DNA of 20,000 nt. Source: an uncultured virus (IMG/VR IMGVR_UViG_3300021399_000140). Its lineage: Duplodnaviria > Heunggongvirae > Uroviricota > Caudoviricetes. The stretch's first letter is position 1. Each line of letters starts with the position of its first letter. The notes under the pieces were generated by a model. It was not told the DNA's origin. It did no database searches and saw nothing but the letters and a program-made list of their open reading frames with translations. Position numbers and translations under genes: made by a program. The DNA lies in the IMG/VR virus record IMGVR_UViG_3300021399_000140; one strand, written 5' to 3'. Below are positions 1 through 10,730 of this stretch, one piece after another.

Positions 1-1167
1 ATAAAAGACATATTCTAGAAGCTTTTCACTGGAAAGCTTGAGATAAGTGAAAAGACAGATGGATAGAACTTGACTGTCACTTGTATTGATGGAAAAGTCA
101 AAGCAGCTAGAAACAAGTCAACATTGAAAGAGCCAATGGACATTGACGCTGTTGCTAAGAAGTTTGATGGAAGAGGTCCAATCAAAGATGCATTTGTAAA
201 CAGCATGAAAGATGTGCAGAAAGCGCTTGAGTCATTGTCAAAAGAGCAGCAAGACTAGATATTTGACAATGGAAAGAACTTCATGTCATTTGAGATAATA
301 TATCCTCCTACTAAGAATGTTGTTGACTATGGAAACAGATGCTTGATATAGTTCCATGGAATAGCTAAGTACAATGAAAAATGGGAGAAAGTCTCAGAAG
401 ACAAAGCTGCAGCTAAGCAACTTTACGCTATGCTTCAGCAGAATGATGCTTTGAAGCAGCAGACATTTGAGATAACTGGTCCTGCAATACTTCGAATAAA
501 GAATGCAAAGACTGGTGCAGCATCTTTGAAGACAGTTCTTGAGAAGTTTGCTAAAGTTCAAGGAGATCTTCCTGACAGCACAACTGTAAATAAGTATGCT
601 AAGCAACGTTATATTGGCTACATAATGAATAGAGCAAGTGAAGCTGAACTTCAACTTAAGCCAAACTCTAAGCTTGTAAGCGGTCTTGCAGACAGACTTA
701 GCACCGTGTCAAAACGTGCAATAACTAAGTCAGAGATTACAGAACTTGCTAAGAAAGAGAAGATCGATCCAACATCAGAATAGTTCAAGACATTCTTGAA
801 GCAGCTTGAAAGCACTATGGCTGATGCTAACTAGCAAGTCATAAAGCCACTAGAAGATGTTGTCATATATGCTGGTCTTAGACTGATGAAGAATCTTGTT
901 GGCTACATATCAGCTAATCCAAAAGAGACAGCTAAGAAGATGGCAGATGAAGTTGACCAAGCTATAGAGCAGCTTGCATCAACTGAGACAAGTCTTGATC
1001 CAAGCAAAGTTGCTCGTTTCAAGAAGAATCTTGCAAAACTTGATGAGTTTCAGAGATAGACTGCATCAGCTGAAGGTGTTGTGTTCATCTACAAAGGAAA
1101 GATCTGCAAGCTGACATCTACATTTGGTGCAGTCAACTAGATATTAGGTTTGTTCAAATTTGGATAA
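1..1167 (+). CDS. Ligase-superfamily (RNA-ligase-like, possibly DUF6267-type) nucleotidyltransferase, 5' truncated
   Basis: Frame 1 is open from 1 to TAA at 1165-1167 when 8 TAGs (16, 64, 256, 349, 781, 832, 1057, 1138) are read as Q. Motif I is EKTDG(Q)N, followed by FEIIY, motif IV AEGVVF and a motif V-like KICKLT. Confidence 0.7.
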
Positions 1168-1183
1168 TCATTTGGAGCGGTAA

Positions 1184-3040
1184 ATGAAGAATTTTATGAC
1201 ATTTGAGTCATGGCTGTTTGAAAGCAGCAAAAAAGACAAGACAAAAAACATTGTAGAAGGCGCTAATAGCAATCCAGCAAAAAATGACTCGCATGAGATT
1301 TTGACAGCTATATTGTGCTTGTTGCCAAAGTCAAAAGTAGAGAACTATATGCAACGTCTAACTAAAGATGCAACTGAAGCAGAAAAGATCTTGCCAGAAC
1401 TTTACAAGTTTGCAAATAGTGCAGCAACTTCAAGCAAGCTTAGAGGAGCTAAAAAAGATGATTCAAACATACAGTCAATAGTGAAAAATCCAAATTCTCC
1501 TACATTTTTAGCAAAAGCAATATCAGCGGCATTGAGGATTCTAGATGTTGCAAAGACATCTTTTAGCAAAAAATCTAGCAAAAAGCCATTGAAAGAAGAT
1601 GAAACTGGTGGAGGAGTTGCTAATACTGTATATTTGACTGGAAATTCATGGGATGAAGACATTGCTACTTACAGCGGTGTTGACAATCTTAAAGACAAAG
1701 GTGTTGAAAGTTGTGGCATGAAAGACTTCAACTCATCAGACATTGTGTTGTCAAATGGCAAAAGCTTTCTTGGTGTGTCATTGAAGCATAAAGACAGAGT
1801 CAACAGCCAAGATCCAACAGTAATAAATAGAGCATTCACTGACACTATAAAAAGTGATGAAAAAACAAGAAAAGCAGTAAATTCTGCTATAACATCTGCA
1901 TTCAATTCAATATTGAAAGATCCAAAGTTCTTAGATGCTATTTTTGGAAATAGCAAGAAAACTGCACCATTGTTTGTGAAGGCTATTGTTGACAAGCAGT
2001 TGGCTAACATAATAGGAAGCTATGACAACAACAGCAAGTCTTACTTGACATTGAATGACATAATAAAATCTATAGATGTAGAAAGCAAAGGAAATGCTTG
2101 CAAAAAGCTAGTTGCAACGCTAAAAGATCCAGTAAAGTCATTTGAAGATTCAGTAGCTACATCTGATTCAGTTGGTTCAAGACTTTTTAGCATGCAAAGT
2201 GATGATGCTGCACCATTAGACAAAGCATAGAAAAAACAGCTTAATTCATTGAAAGCTACAAGAAAAGAAATAAAAGACGCAATAGGAACATTGATTGCTA
2301 CACTTCAGCATACTGACAAGACAGCATTAGAGAAAATATATGTCAATATAGGAAATTGCATACGTTCAAACTTAAGCAAAGCAAAAAATGATGACAACAC
2401 AATTTGGACAATTGCTTTTTCTGAGACAAAAGGCTTAATGAATGATGAATATGAAGCTCCAGACGCAGCAAAAAAAGGAACTAGAATAAAAGACAAAGTC
2501 AGAGAGCTTGTCAACAAAGAGCTAGCAGATCCAAAAAAGCCATACAAACGTGGAGTTCAAGATGCATTGAACAACAAAGCAATTGCATTAGATGTAGCAA
2601 ACCAATTAGCCAACATAATATTCAAAGCTAATGCAGAAAATGGACTAGACATACTTAGAAAGATGCATAGATTTGACTTTGGCCTTTGCACAGGAATAGC
2701 TGTCTACAAGAAAGGCCAAGGAAAGTCCGCAAAGCCTACTTTCTAGATAGACAAAGCAGACTATGAGCCAATAGAGAAAGTGACATCTCTTATGCTTAAG
2801 CTGAAAGAGATAGGAGATCCAAAGCTTATAGCAATTGAAGATCAAGCAGAGAAAGCTGGTGCTGTGACATTAGCATACTATCTTAACATTGGTGGAATGA
2901 ATGTAGCTAAAGTAGAGATACGATACAAAGGCGTCTATACATCATCTCCAACATTCACTGCTACAATAACAAAAGAGTTCAAAGCAGCACTTGAAAACAC
3001 TGACTCTAATTTCACTGTAGCAAACAATGCTAAAAAATAA
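1184..3040 (+). CDS. 618 aa protein with PD-(D/E)xK-like nuclease motifs and a T4 capsid-targeting-like N-terminus
   Basis: ORFs 1184-2230, 2249-2746 and 2780-3040 are in one frame and are joined by TAGs at 2228 and 2744; the gene ends in TAA. Motifs are HEILTA...NSSDIVL...GVSLKHK...EIRYKG. The N-terminus is MKNFMTFESWLFES, with GGAG upstream. Confidence 0.6.
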
Positions 3041-3051
3041 TAGGACATATC

Positions 3052-4728
3052 ATGACTATAAAAGATTTGACTTTGAAGCTAGAAGCAGTAAAGAAGAAAG
3101 CATTTGACAAGACAATTGCTCTTGTAGCTGGCTCTTACAAGCCACCACATGCTGCTCACTTCTTGATGGTATAGCATTATGCATAGATTGCAGACGAAGT
3201 AGTAGTTCTGATATCTGATCCTAAAGCTGTCAAGTCAATTCGCAAGACAAATCTTGGAACAGTCATAACACCATAGATGAGCAAGCAGATTTGGGATGTG
3301 TACATAAAGCGCTATGGCCTTAAGAATGTAGTTGCAGAAGTGTCAACTGAAGCATCTCCAATAACAGCAATGTTCAAATATGTAGATGACAATCTTTCAG
3401 ATGTCAATGTGATATTTGGCGTCAGCAAGAAAGGTGGAGATGAGCAACGATTCAAGTCAGCAATGAGATACTATGAAGACAATCCAAACATAAATCTTCT
3501 AGATCCAGTGAAGACTGCAGTTGAGCCATTTGCTAGTCCAAGTGGAGTTCCAATATCTGCTACAGACATAAGAAACAACATTGACAAGCCAGAAGTAATA
3601 CGTCCAATGCTTCCAGACAAGCTTACAGACCAAGACATATAGAAGATAATGCAGATTCTTGGTGCAGCAAATGAAGATGTCAATGAAGACACTATGGTTG
3701 ATGAGCTCATCCAAAAGAAGCTTCCTTTTGACAAGCTTGGAATTGATGAAGATGAAGAGCTTCCATTGAACATAACAGATGAGGTGCTTGGTCAAGCAAA
3801 GATCTTATGCTACAATATTGGCTAGCAAGTAGTAGACCAAAAAGGAAAAGACATTCCAGTAAATCCAAAGAAGTTTCCAGACAAAGCGATTGACATAAAG
3901 TTCATAGCAGATGGCCATCAAGTTGAAGTATGGCTTGACACTGAGTCAAAAGAGTGGATGTCATCTGTTGATGGAGTTTCTAGACTTTCATTAGAGCAAT
4001 TTGGCCAATTCTTCTCTACTTAGTTCTACATGAAGCTAGCTAAGAAGCTTATAGAATGCTGGCCAATGTCTGATGAGCTTTATGGTGGACTTTTCTTAGG
4101 TGTAGCTAACAAGAAAGTGTCAGTCACTAACTAGCCAGCATTGTCAGAAGATGAAGAGAATGACAAGAAGCGTGAAGAGCGACTTAAGCAGAAGAAGAAA
4201 GACAAAGAGAAAGCAGAACGCCGTTACTCTCCATCTGGACGAAAGCTCATAAAGTTTGGTGACATTGGCGTAATAATGTCATCAGCTAAGTTCTTTTGTT
4301 GGCCAGACAAGAAGAAGCTTTTCAGGTGGTCTACATGGAAAGATTGGAAGAAGATCAAGCCTATATGTCGCCTTCGCTTCAAGCATACAAATGGCAAAGA
4401 GTATGGAATGTCATTGTCATGCATTGGAGAGATGTATGAGCACCGCGGCTTCAGAGGATATGACTTGACTACACAGCCAACACTTCAATGGTTGTCTAAA
4501 GATGAGATGCAAGACTTCATAAAGCTTTCAATTGTCCAGAAGTTCATATCACACTGCGCAAAAAGAATACAGGAAGCTTTAGACATTGACACAGATGAGA
4601 TCTATGAGAAGATAAACAATCCTGACAAGATAACTAAAGTTGAGATTGAGAAGACCAAAGAGATGGTCAGAAAGACTTTGCAGTACATAATAAAGAAGAA
4701 GCAACTTGATGACTTTGTGTGGAAATGA
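3052..4728 (+). CDS. HIGH-superfamily nucleotidyltransferase (cytidylyltransferase/NMNAT/PPAT-like) fused to two unknown C-terminal domains, 558 aa
   Basis: ATG at 3052, 7 in-frame TAGs (3172, 3184, 3274, 3640, 3823, 4021, 4132), TGA stop. Motifs IALVAGSYKPPHAAH (GxFxPxHxxH) and ISATDIR. Acidic linkers ANEDVNED and LSEDEE separate the domains. Confidence 0.8.
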
Positions 4729-4741
4729 CAAGGAATATAGC

Positions 4742-5656
4742 ATGAAGAATTTTCCAACATTTTTAGAGTTCTTGATGGAAGAGGTTGGCATTGCAAACAA
4801 TGACATCTATCTTGCTAACATGGCAAAGTCATTTGGTGACAAAGCTTGGTTCTTGAAGTACATGCCAAAAGGCATAAATATGATTGTAGACTTTGGTGGT
4901 GGAGCAGGTGAGTTTGCAGAATACTGCATGAAGAAGACCGGTGATGCCATTCGATATGTAGTCATTGACAACAACCCATCATTCTTGACAGCGGCTAAAG
5001 CTAAAGGAATAATGTGCTATGAGTCACTTCAAGACTTGAGAAATGCAGAAGGAAAGAATCTTCTTTCTGCATTGCTAGTTCTGTCATCAGTCATACATGA
5101 AGTATATTCATACAAAGATCCTTTCTATGATGATGTTGGAGTTTTCTGGTCTGACATAAAGAAATGCCAATTCAAGGCAATTGCTATAAGAGACATGAGT
5201 GTAGCAGAAAATGCATTCAAGAACATTCCAGTTGAGGCTACATTATGGGTGTACTAGAATGTGTTCTGCTCAGACAAAATCACTTACAAAGGAAAGACAT
5301 TCGCTGAGATAACTGCAAGCTTTGAAGAAGAGTGGGGTCCGCTTTGTGATTTATAGTTGCGAAAAATCAATGTCAAGCAGCTGTTCCATTTCTTGATTAA
5401 GTACAGATATCAAGACAATTGGGAAAGAGAAGTCAAAGAAGACTATTTGCCTGTGACACAAGACAAGTTGCAGAAATGGCTTACATCATTCATGAACTAT
5501 TCGCTTGTCCATAAAGAGTCAAGCCACCTTGACTTCTATGATGATTGTTGGACAAAAGACTTCAAGCTTAATAGACCAGACAATGGAAACTACAAGAAGA
5601 CATTTCAAGCTTGGCTTAAGACACTTTCAACACACATAAAATGGCTTGCTGCATGA
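4742..5656 (+). CDS. Class I SAM-dependent methyltransferase, 304 aa
   Basis: ATG at 4742 with AAGGA upstream, TAGs at 5255 and 5354, TGA stop. Motif I IVDFGGGAG, acidic motif II VVIDNN, and VLSSVIHEVYSY. The N-terminus is MKNFPTFLEFLMEE. Confidence 0.8.
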
Positions 5657-5674
5657 TGAATATGGTTTTTCTAA

Positions 5675-5687
5675 GCGTAAGTAAATA
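5675..5687 (+). promoter_or_regulatory. Putative late promoter GCGTAAGTAAATA
   Basis: One of five AAGTAAATA copies found immediately upstream of a gene start (ATG 5699); resembles the T4 late promoter TATAAATA. Confidence 0.6.
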
Positions 5688-5698
5688 TATACACAGTT

Positions 5699-6343
5699 AT
5701 GGACATACATAAGATTTTTGAAGATGCAATGGTAGCAGCTGGTGCTGCTGGAGGAGATGTTGTAGCTCCTAGCGCTGGAATTGGAGCTAATGATGTCTTA
5801 GGTCATTGTGACCATAAAGCAGATGGATATCTTGGAAGTGGAGATCCTGCAGGCTGCTTCCATATTCCTGGAAAATGCAAAGTTCCATTTAGACGTCATG
5901 AGATATGCAATGGTGGTGGAAAGAAGAAGAAAAAGACTTTCTACGACAAAGGAATGACTATTGTCACTGATGCTGAGCTTGACAGACCAACATTGAAAGC
6001 ATTGCATGAACTAAGTGAAGAAGAGATAGAAGATTTTGTAAGACAGAATTTTGGATTTGCTGATGACAATGAGATATTTGTTGAAGCAATATTCTACTAT
6101 CCAGTGACAAAGACGATGTTTTTGCGCTTCACATTTGATGGAAAAGTCCGTTCATTCTTCATACATATTGACTTTGATGCTAGAACTAAGCAGCTCATAG
6201 TAGTAGACAAGAAGATATATAGCGCAGCAGAAGTAAAAGCTGAGTTCAAGAAGATTCTTGGCATGAAAGGAAACAGTCCTAAAAATGTTGGATCTGATGA
6301 TCTCAAGCTTTGGGTAATTTGGGGAGATGTGCGACATGGCTAA
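5699..6343 (+). CDS. Hypothetical protein, 214 aa (Gly/Ala-rich, Cys/His-containing, Lys-run N-terminal part; possible head-associated protein)
   Basis: Complete ORF without TAG, ending in TAA. Preceded by the AAGTAAATA motif. The N-terminus MDIHKIFE^D resembles a prohead-protease site. Confidence 0.7.
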   Translation: MDIHKIFEDAMVAAGAAGGDVVAPSAGIGANDVLGHCDHKADGYLGSGDPAGCFHIPGKCKVPFRRHEICNGGGKKKKKTFYDKGMTIVTDAELDRPTLKALHELSEEEIEDFVRQNFGFADDNEIFVEAIFYYPVTKTMFLRFTFDGKVRSFFIHIDFDARTKQLIVVDKKIYSAAEVKAEFKKILGMKGNSPKNVGSDDLKLWVIWGDVRHG

Positions 6344-7031
6344 TGATCTTATCACAGAGCCATCAATGGATGGAAATGTTTGGGTGACAAATGGTGAAAA
6401 AAGAATACTTGTTCCTGAACACCACATTCCAAAGGGATTCACTAAGATAAATGTGACGCTTGGTGATCTAGCTGATGTCTAGTCTGCAAAGCAAGAAGAA
6501 GTAAAGCCAAATCTCATTGGTCTTGATACAAATCTTACAAACTCAAACAAATGGTTTGCATATCTGCCAATAGAGAATGTGCTTGGAAAGAAATACAACA
6601 ATCTTACATTGCATCTTACTAGATTCTCTTTGCCATAGATGGTCATGGGAAGCATGATGACATCATATCGTGGATATCAAAAAGAGATGTCAACTAAAGT
6701 GATGAATGCTGAGACTAAAGAGCTTACTTTTGAATATCTTGTAGATGAAAAATGGCAAAACTACAAAGCACTTTACACATTGATGTCTGGAACAGAGGGA
6801 AACATCAACAAAGTAGTTGATGAGGGAATTGATCCAATATCGCCATCAGAATACATACCAATAAGAATATATCTTCTTGACAACTACAAGAAAAAAGTCA
6901 TATAGTTCTTGTTTGAGAATGCTTGGCTTAAGATTTTCAATGACATAGCGCTTGAGACATAGAATTCAGATGAAGTGACAGCGTCTGTGACATTTGTCTA
7001 TGATCGTTTTTCAATTGAGCCAATTGACTGA
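6336..7031 (+). CDS. T4 gp3-like tail tube terminator / tail completion protein, 231 aa
   Basis: ATG at 6336 overlaps the upstream gene end; TAGs at 6480, 6636, 6903 and 6960; TGA stop. The pattern LTFEYLVDEKWQNYKALY...IYLLDN...FLFENAW...ASVTFVYDRF matches the gp3/gp19 tube-fold signature. Confidence 0.7.
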
Positions 7032-7042
7032 TTTTTGCATAG

Positions 7043-7051
7043 AAGTAAATA
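7043..7051 (+). promoter_or_regulatory. Putative late promoter AAGTAAATA
   Basis: Intergenic copy upstream of ATG 7080, followed by an AAGGA RBS. Confidence 0.6.
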
Positions 7052-7079
7052 ATGTTTAGAAACATAAGGAACATTCATA

Positions 7080-8654
7080 ATGGACATATTTAATGATTTT
7101 GACCTTTGCCAGGAAGCAATGAAGAAGATAGATCTTTCAGAAGCTGTCATGCCGGTTGTTCGTGGTGTCATTGTAGAAGATGTTGACACATACAACAAGA
7201 TCTAGCGTCTTTTGAACACTCCAGCTCTTGAACCATGCCATAGATTCTTGTACAATCTTGATGTTGAGCAGCTGACAGAAGATGAAGTGAATAAAGTGAA
7301 CAATCTTTACAAGCTTGGCCAAGATCGTGGTTTCATTGATCTTGATGAGCCTAATGCTGAAGATGATGTTGCAGCTAAACCAGCAGAAGTTGCTCCAGAA
7401 CCAGTTCCTTAGCCACCAGCACCTAAACCAAGTCCAGTAGATAATGTTGCTTTCACTGTAGCATACAGCGCTATGAAAGATGGCATGATGAAGACTGGTG
7501 AAGCATACAGCAACGCTGTGTCTACACGCGCTGCAAAAGCAGACGTAATTAGCAAGCTTGAGCGAGCAGGATACAGTTCAATTGAGATTCTTTGTATTGA
7601 AGCTGGTGATCCAGATGTTCGTGGTTGCAGTTCAACTTATTGCATGCAAGCGGAAAGAGCTTCTAATGAAGATGAGAAAGTCAATGAGTGGGGAAGATAT
7701 GAGACTGGATTGTCTAAAGGACCAATGAGAGATCCAAGTCCCGCTGACATGGCAGCATGGAGCAACACTCATGACCATGCATATATGCAGAAACGCGACA
7801 CAGCAGCATCACTTAAGCGCACAATTGACTCATTCAAGAAGTATGACAACAAAGCTGTAGATTGGGAACAAGTCGCATAGACAGAAGAAGATGGTGTAAC
7901 ATATTATTGGATGAAGACGCCAGAAGGAACATTGGTATGTGCAGTTGAAAATGATCCACATGAAGGTCTTGAGTTCTACATAGTAGATGACAAAAATAAG
8001 ATAATGACTATGGTTGGACAAAGCTATGGTGTCGGTGAAGAGTTTGAGTTCAATCCTACTGGTGCTGAATATGAAATTCCAAAAGACATGCCAGCAGTGA
8101 CAGAAGCAGATGATGATTCTGATTCAGACAGTGATTCTGATAGTGGATCAGATAGCTCAGGAGATAATTCAGATTCTGATGATTCAGATTCTAGCGATGA
8201 TTCCGATAGTGATTCAGACAGTGATGATTCAGATGGTTCTGATGACTCAGATGATGATTCTAAAGATGATTCAAACAGTGACTCAGACGATGATTCTAAA
8301 GACAAAGATGATGATTCAGATGACGATGATGAGAAAGAGGAAGATGCTGAAGAGCCAGATGAGAAGCTCGATGACCAATCTGATGACAAAGCTGAGACTG
8401 CAACAGATGACAAAGAAGAAAAAGATCTGACTGCAGAAGAAAAAGCTGCGTTGAAAGACTCTTACAAGAAAGCATTCAAAGCTGCAATGCAGAAATGCAA
8501 GTTTGAGACATCTTTCTCAGAACTAACATTAGATGACAAAGTAAAGTTCTTCACTGAATTGTCAAAGGCATGGGGAAACAAAGCAGATCCAAGTAAATTC
8601 ATGACTGACAAAGAAGTTGATCAACTTGAGAAGATTGTCATCAAGAAGAAGTGA
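7080..8654 (+). CDS. Highly acidic multidomain protein, 524 aa; candidate prohead core/scaffold or internal head protein
   Basis: ORFs 7212, 7473 and 7911 are in one frame and are joined by TAGs at 7203, 7410 and 7878; TGA stop. It has a Pro-rich linker, a long D/S tract and several (L/I/V)xE sites (LSEA, IVED, LTED, VNEW, VTEA). The function is an inference. Confidence 0.65.
8109..8330 (+). repeat. Asp/Ser low-complexity coding tract (degenerate GATTCW/GATGAT repeats)
   Basis: Encodes DDDSDSDSDSDSGSDSSGDNSDSDDSDSSDD...; it also generates the spurious overlapping ORFs 8024-8413 (-) and 8110-8430 (+). Confidence 0.85.
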
Positions 8655-8655
8655 T

Positions 8656-8853
8656 ATGGATGAACAAGCAGAATAGAATGAAATTTGCTGCCTAAAATGC
8701 AAATTTTTTGAACCACGGTCTGGATTCTGCAGAAAGAATCCACCGACTCCAATTGCTATCATTGAAAAGTATGGAAGCCATTTGATGTCTGCTTTTCCAA
8801 AGATTCCAATGCCGACAGTTGACTTCTGCTATCAATTTGCAGAGATCAATTGA
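8656..8853 (+). CDS. Small 4-Cys metal/Fe-S-binding protein, 65 aa (absent from the ORF track)
   Basis: ATG 1 nt after the upstream TGA, one TAG at 8674. Translation: MDEQAEQNEICCLKCKFFEPRSGFCRKNPPTPIAIIEKYGSHLMSAFPKIPMPTVDFCYQFAEIN*, i.e. a CxxC...C..PP...P....C pattern. Confidence 0.7.
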
Positions 8854-9406
8854 ACAAGCTTATGTTCATCTATGGATAGCCGAGGTACATTTTCCTCGGC
8901 TTTTTTGTTTTCGCTGTAAGTTGACAAGCTTTTGGAACACCAAACAACTTGAAGAAGTCTTTAGGCACAATCTTGCATACAAAGACATTATGCTTTTGAA
9001 GAAGCCATTTCTAGTTTATTGAGAATGACCTTCCACCATCTGACTTAGCAAAAGTTCCTTTGACATCAATGCAAACTTTGAACTAAGACTTGCTAGCATC
9101 AACCTAAGAGAGCTTAAGCTCTTTAGCAAGCTTCTTGCATTGCAATGGATTTATGATGAACTCAAAATCTGGAGAATATACATGGTCACGAAGCAGTGTT
9201 CTAGTCTTTCCTTCAACATTCACATACTTAACTGCATCAAAAAGCACATACGACTGTGGCTGATAAGTGAAATCACTTACAATTCCAAGTTTCTAAGCTT
9301 CAATCAACCAATGAAACATGTCAACTTCTTCTGTAGAGTCAAGCTGCTCTTTGCGATCATGAAAAGAGTCATAGAACTCAATTTGCTTTCGTTTGTTCTT
9401 TCCCAT
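8846..9406 (-). CDS. DUF1064-like PD-(D/E)xK endonuclease, 186 aa (absent from the ORF track)
   Basis: ATG at 9406, 5 TAGs, TGA at 8848-8846. Motifs LDSTEEVDMFHWL..A(Q)KLG...FTYQPQSYVL...HVYSPDF...IDVKGTF...FSIN(Q)KW. Confidence 0.7.
8878..8906 (+). terminator. Rho-independent terminator of the + strand late transcript
   Basis: AGCCGAGG-tacatttt-CCTCGGCT stem-loop running into a T tract, about 25 nt after the stop at 8853, at the +/- convergence point. Confidence 0.7.
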
Positions 9407-9424
9407 ATAGAAATATTGTACATG

Positions 9425-10141
9425 TCACACTGTCAAATGCAGAAGATTTTCATCAATGAATTGCTTTACTTCTTGAACTGCTATCTTGAACTATGGAAGC
9501 TTGTTCAAGTCTGCTTTATTGTGTATGTATCTGTCAATCAAGTCATTCAATGCAATCAATGGAAGCTTCACATCTTGCATCTTCTCTTTCCATATGTTGA
9601 CACAATTAGATCTTCCATAAATAGCTTTTATTGTCTTGAACATTGAGTAGCAGTCAAGACATTTGTGCTAGACAAATAGCACATTTGTCCATTCTTTTCC
9701 AAGAAGTCGAAGCACTTGGTTCTTGTCGCTGAACATCTTGTTGAACACTTGCATGCAAGCATCATTGAATTTTACGATGTCAATCTTTATGTCTTTCTCT
9801 TTAAGAAGCCATTTGATCTGCCAATCAGCATCTATCATGCTTTGCAGTTTTGCAGGAAAGTATTGCTTTCCTTTGCATTGAAGAAGCATGTTGTCTTTTG
9901 GCATGCATGCTCCAATGACAAGCCAGTAGTTTGGAGCTTCTATTGAGTATGGCTATGCATATCTTTTTATGACAGTTGCTACATGCTTCTTGAACTAGCT
10001 TTTAAGTTGGCTTATGCTCATTGCTTCAGCCAAAATATAGCAATCTCCTTGCTTCTTGAACTTGTTGTTGTTCTCATCAAAGAACAACTAGAACGCTATG
10101 TCAAGAATGTTCTTGTAGTACAGCAAATTGAACTTAGGCAT
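9425..10141 (-). CDS. Hypothetical protein, about 238 aa
   Basis: ORFs 10088-10297 (C-terminal part) and 9668-9904 are in one frame; 5 TAGs; TGA at 9427-9425. The start is taken as ATG 10141, which overlaps the upstream stop; 10147 and 10150 are alternatives. Confidence 0.6.
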
Positions 10142-10730
10142 TGTCATCATCAACCAGCTTGCTTTTGAAGAAACCATAACCAGACAATTCTGCAAGAAGA
10201 ATTCTTTGCTAGATTGACATGTTAGCACAAAGAATTTCCGACATCTTGTTTGCATGCTCCCAATATTGCTTGTCTTGTGGTGAAAGATGTACGTCATACA
10301 TCAATGCATCAAGCTCGCTGTCAGACATTTTCTCTAGCTTGTCAATGTCTAATGGCTCATCTTTCCATTCTTTTTGACTTCCTTGATATATGACTCTATC
10401 ACTTCCTGACCAATAACCATCTTTAGATGAAGGACTATGCAATATTTTTCCATTTGATATTCTTATGACTGTTCCATCTGGACAATGCATCAAGTCTTGC
10501 TCAATTCTTGAAGCTCCAGCTAGCTAGTCTCCTAAAGGCACATTCTAGTTTGGTGTATGAAGACTTGCTTGCATAGCTATTGCATCATTGTAAGTAAGCC
10601 TAGAGTCTGGAACAGAATATGCTTGCCCAACTTTAGAATAATGCCCAGCACAAGCATCAACTACATTGAAGTTTGTGAAACGCTAAGTATTGAACGGATT
10701 AGCTAATGGATGTGGACAAGTAGCAGTCAT
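10134..10730 (-). CDS. Hypothetical protein, 198 aa
   Basis: ATG at 10730 in an ATGA overlap with the upstream gene; 4 TAGs; TAA at 10136-10134. It includes ORF 10209-10493. Confidence 0.65.

Noticed and set aside
4706..4741. Upstream start for the methyltransferase given in the ORF track
   Set aside because: It overlaps the previous gene, whereas ATG 4742 has an RBS and the shared MKNFxTF leader.
8024..8430. Ser-rich (-) and Met/Ile/Gln-rich (+) ORFs
   Set aside because: These are alternative-frame artefacts of the Asp/Ser low-complexity tract.
9415..9436. TTGACA...TACAAT as a canonical sigma70 promoter on the minus strand
   Set aside because: The spacer is only 10 nt, so only the extended -10-like part was kept as a candidate.
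9140..10168. Plus-strand ORFs 9140-9646, 9716-9946 and 9983-10168
   Set aside because: They are antisense shadows of well-supported minus-strand code-15 genes and contain no recognisable motifs.
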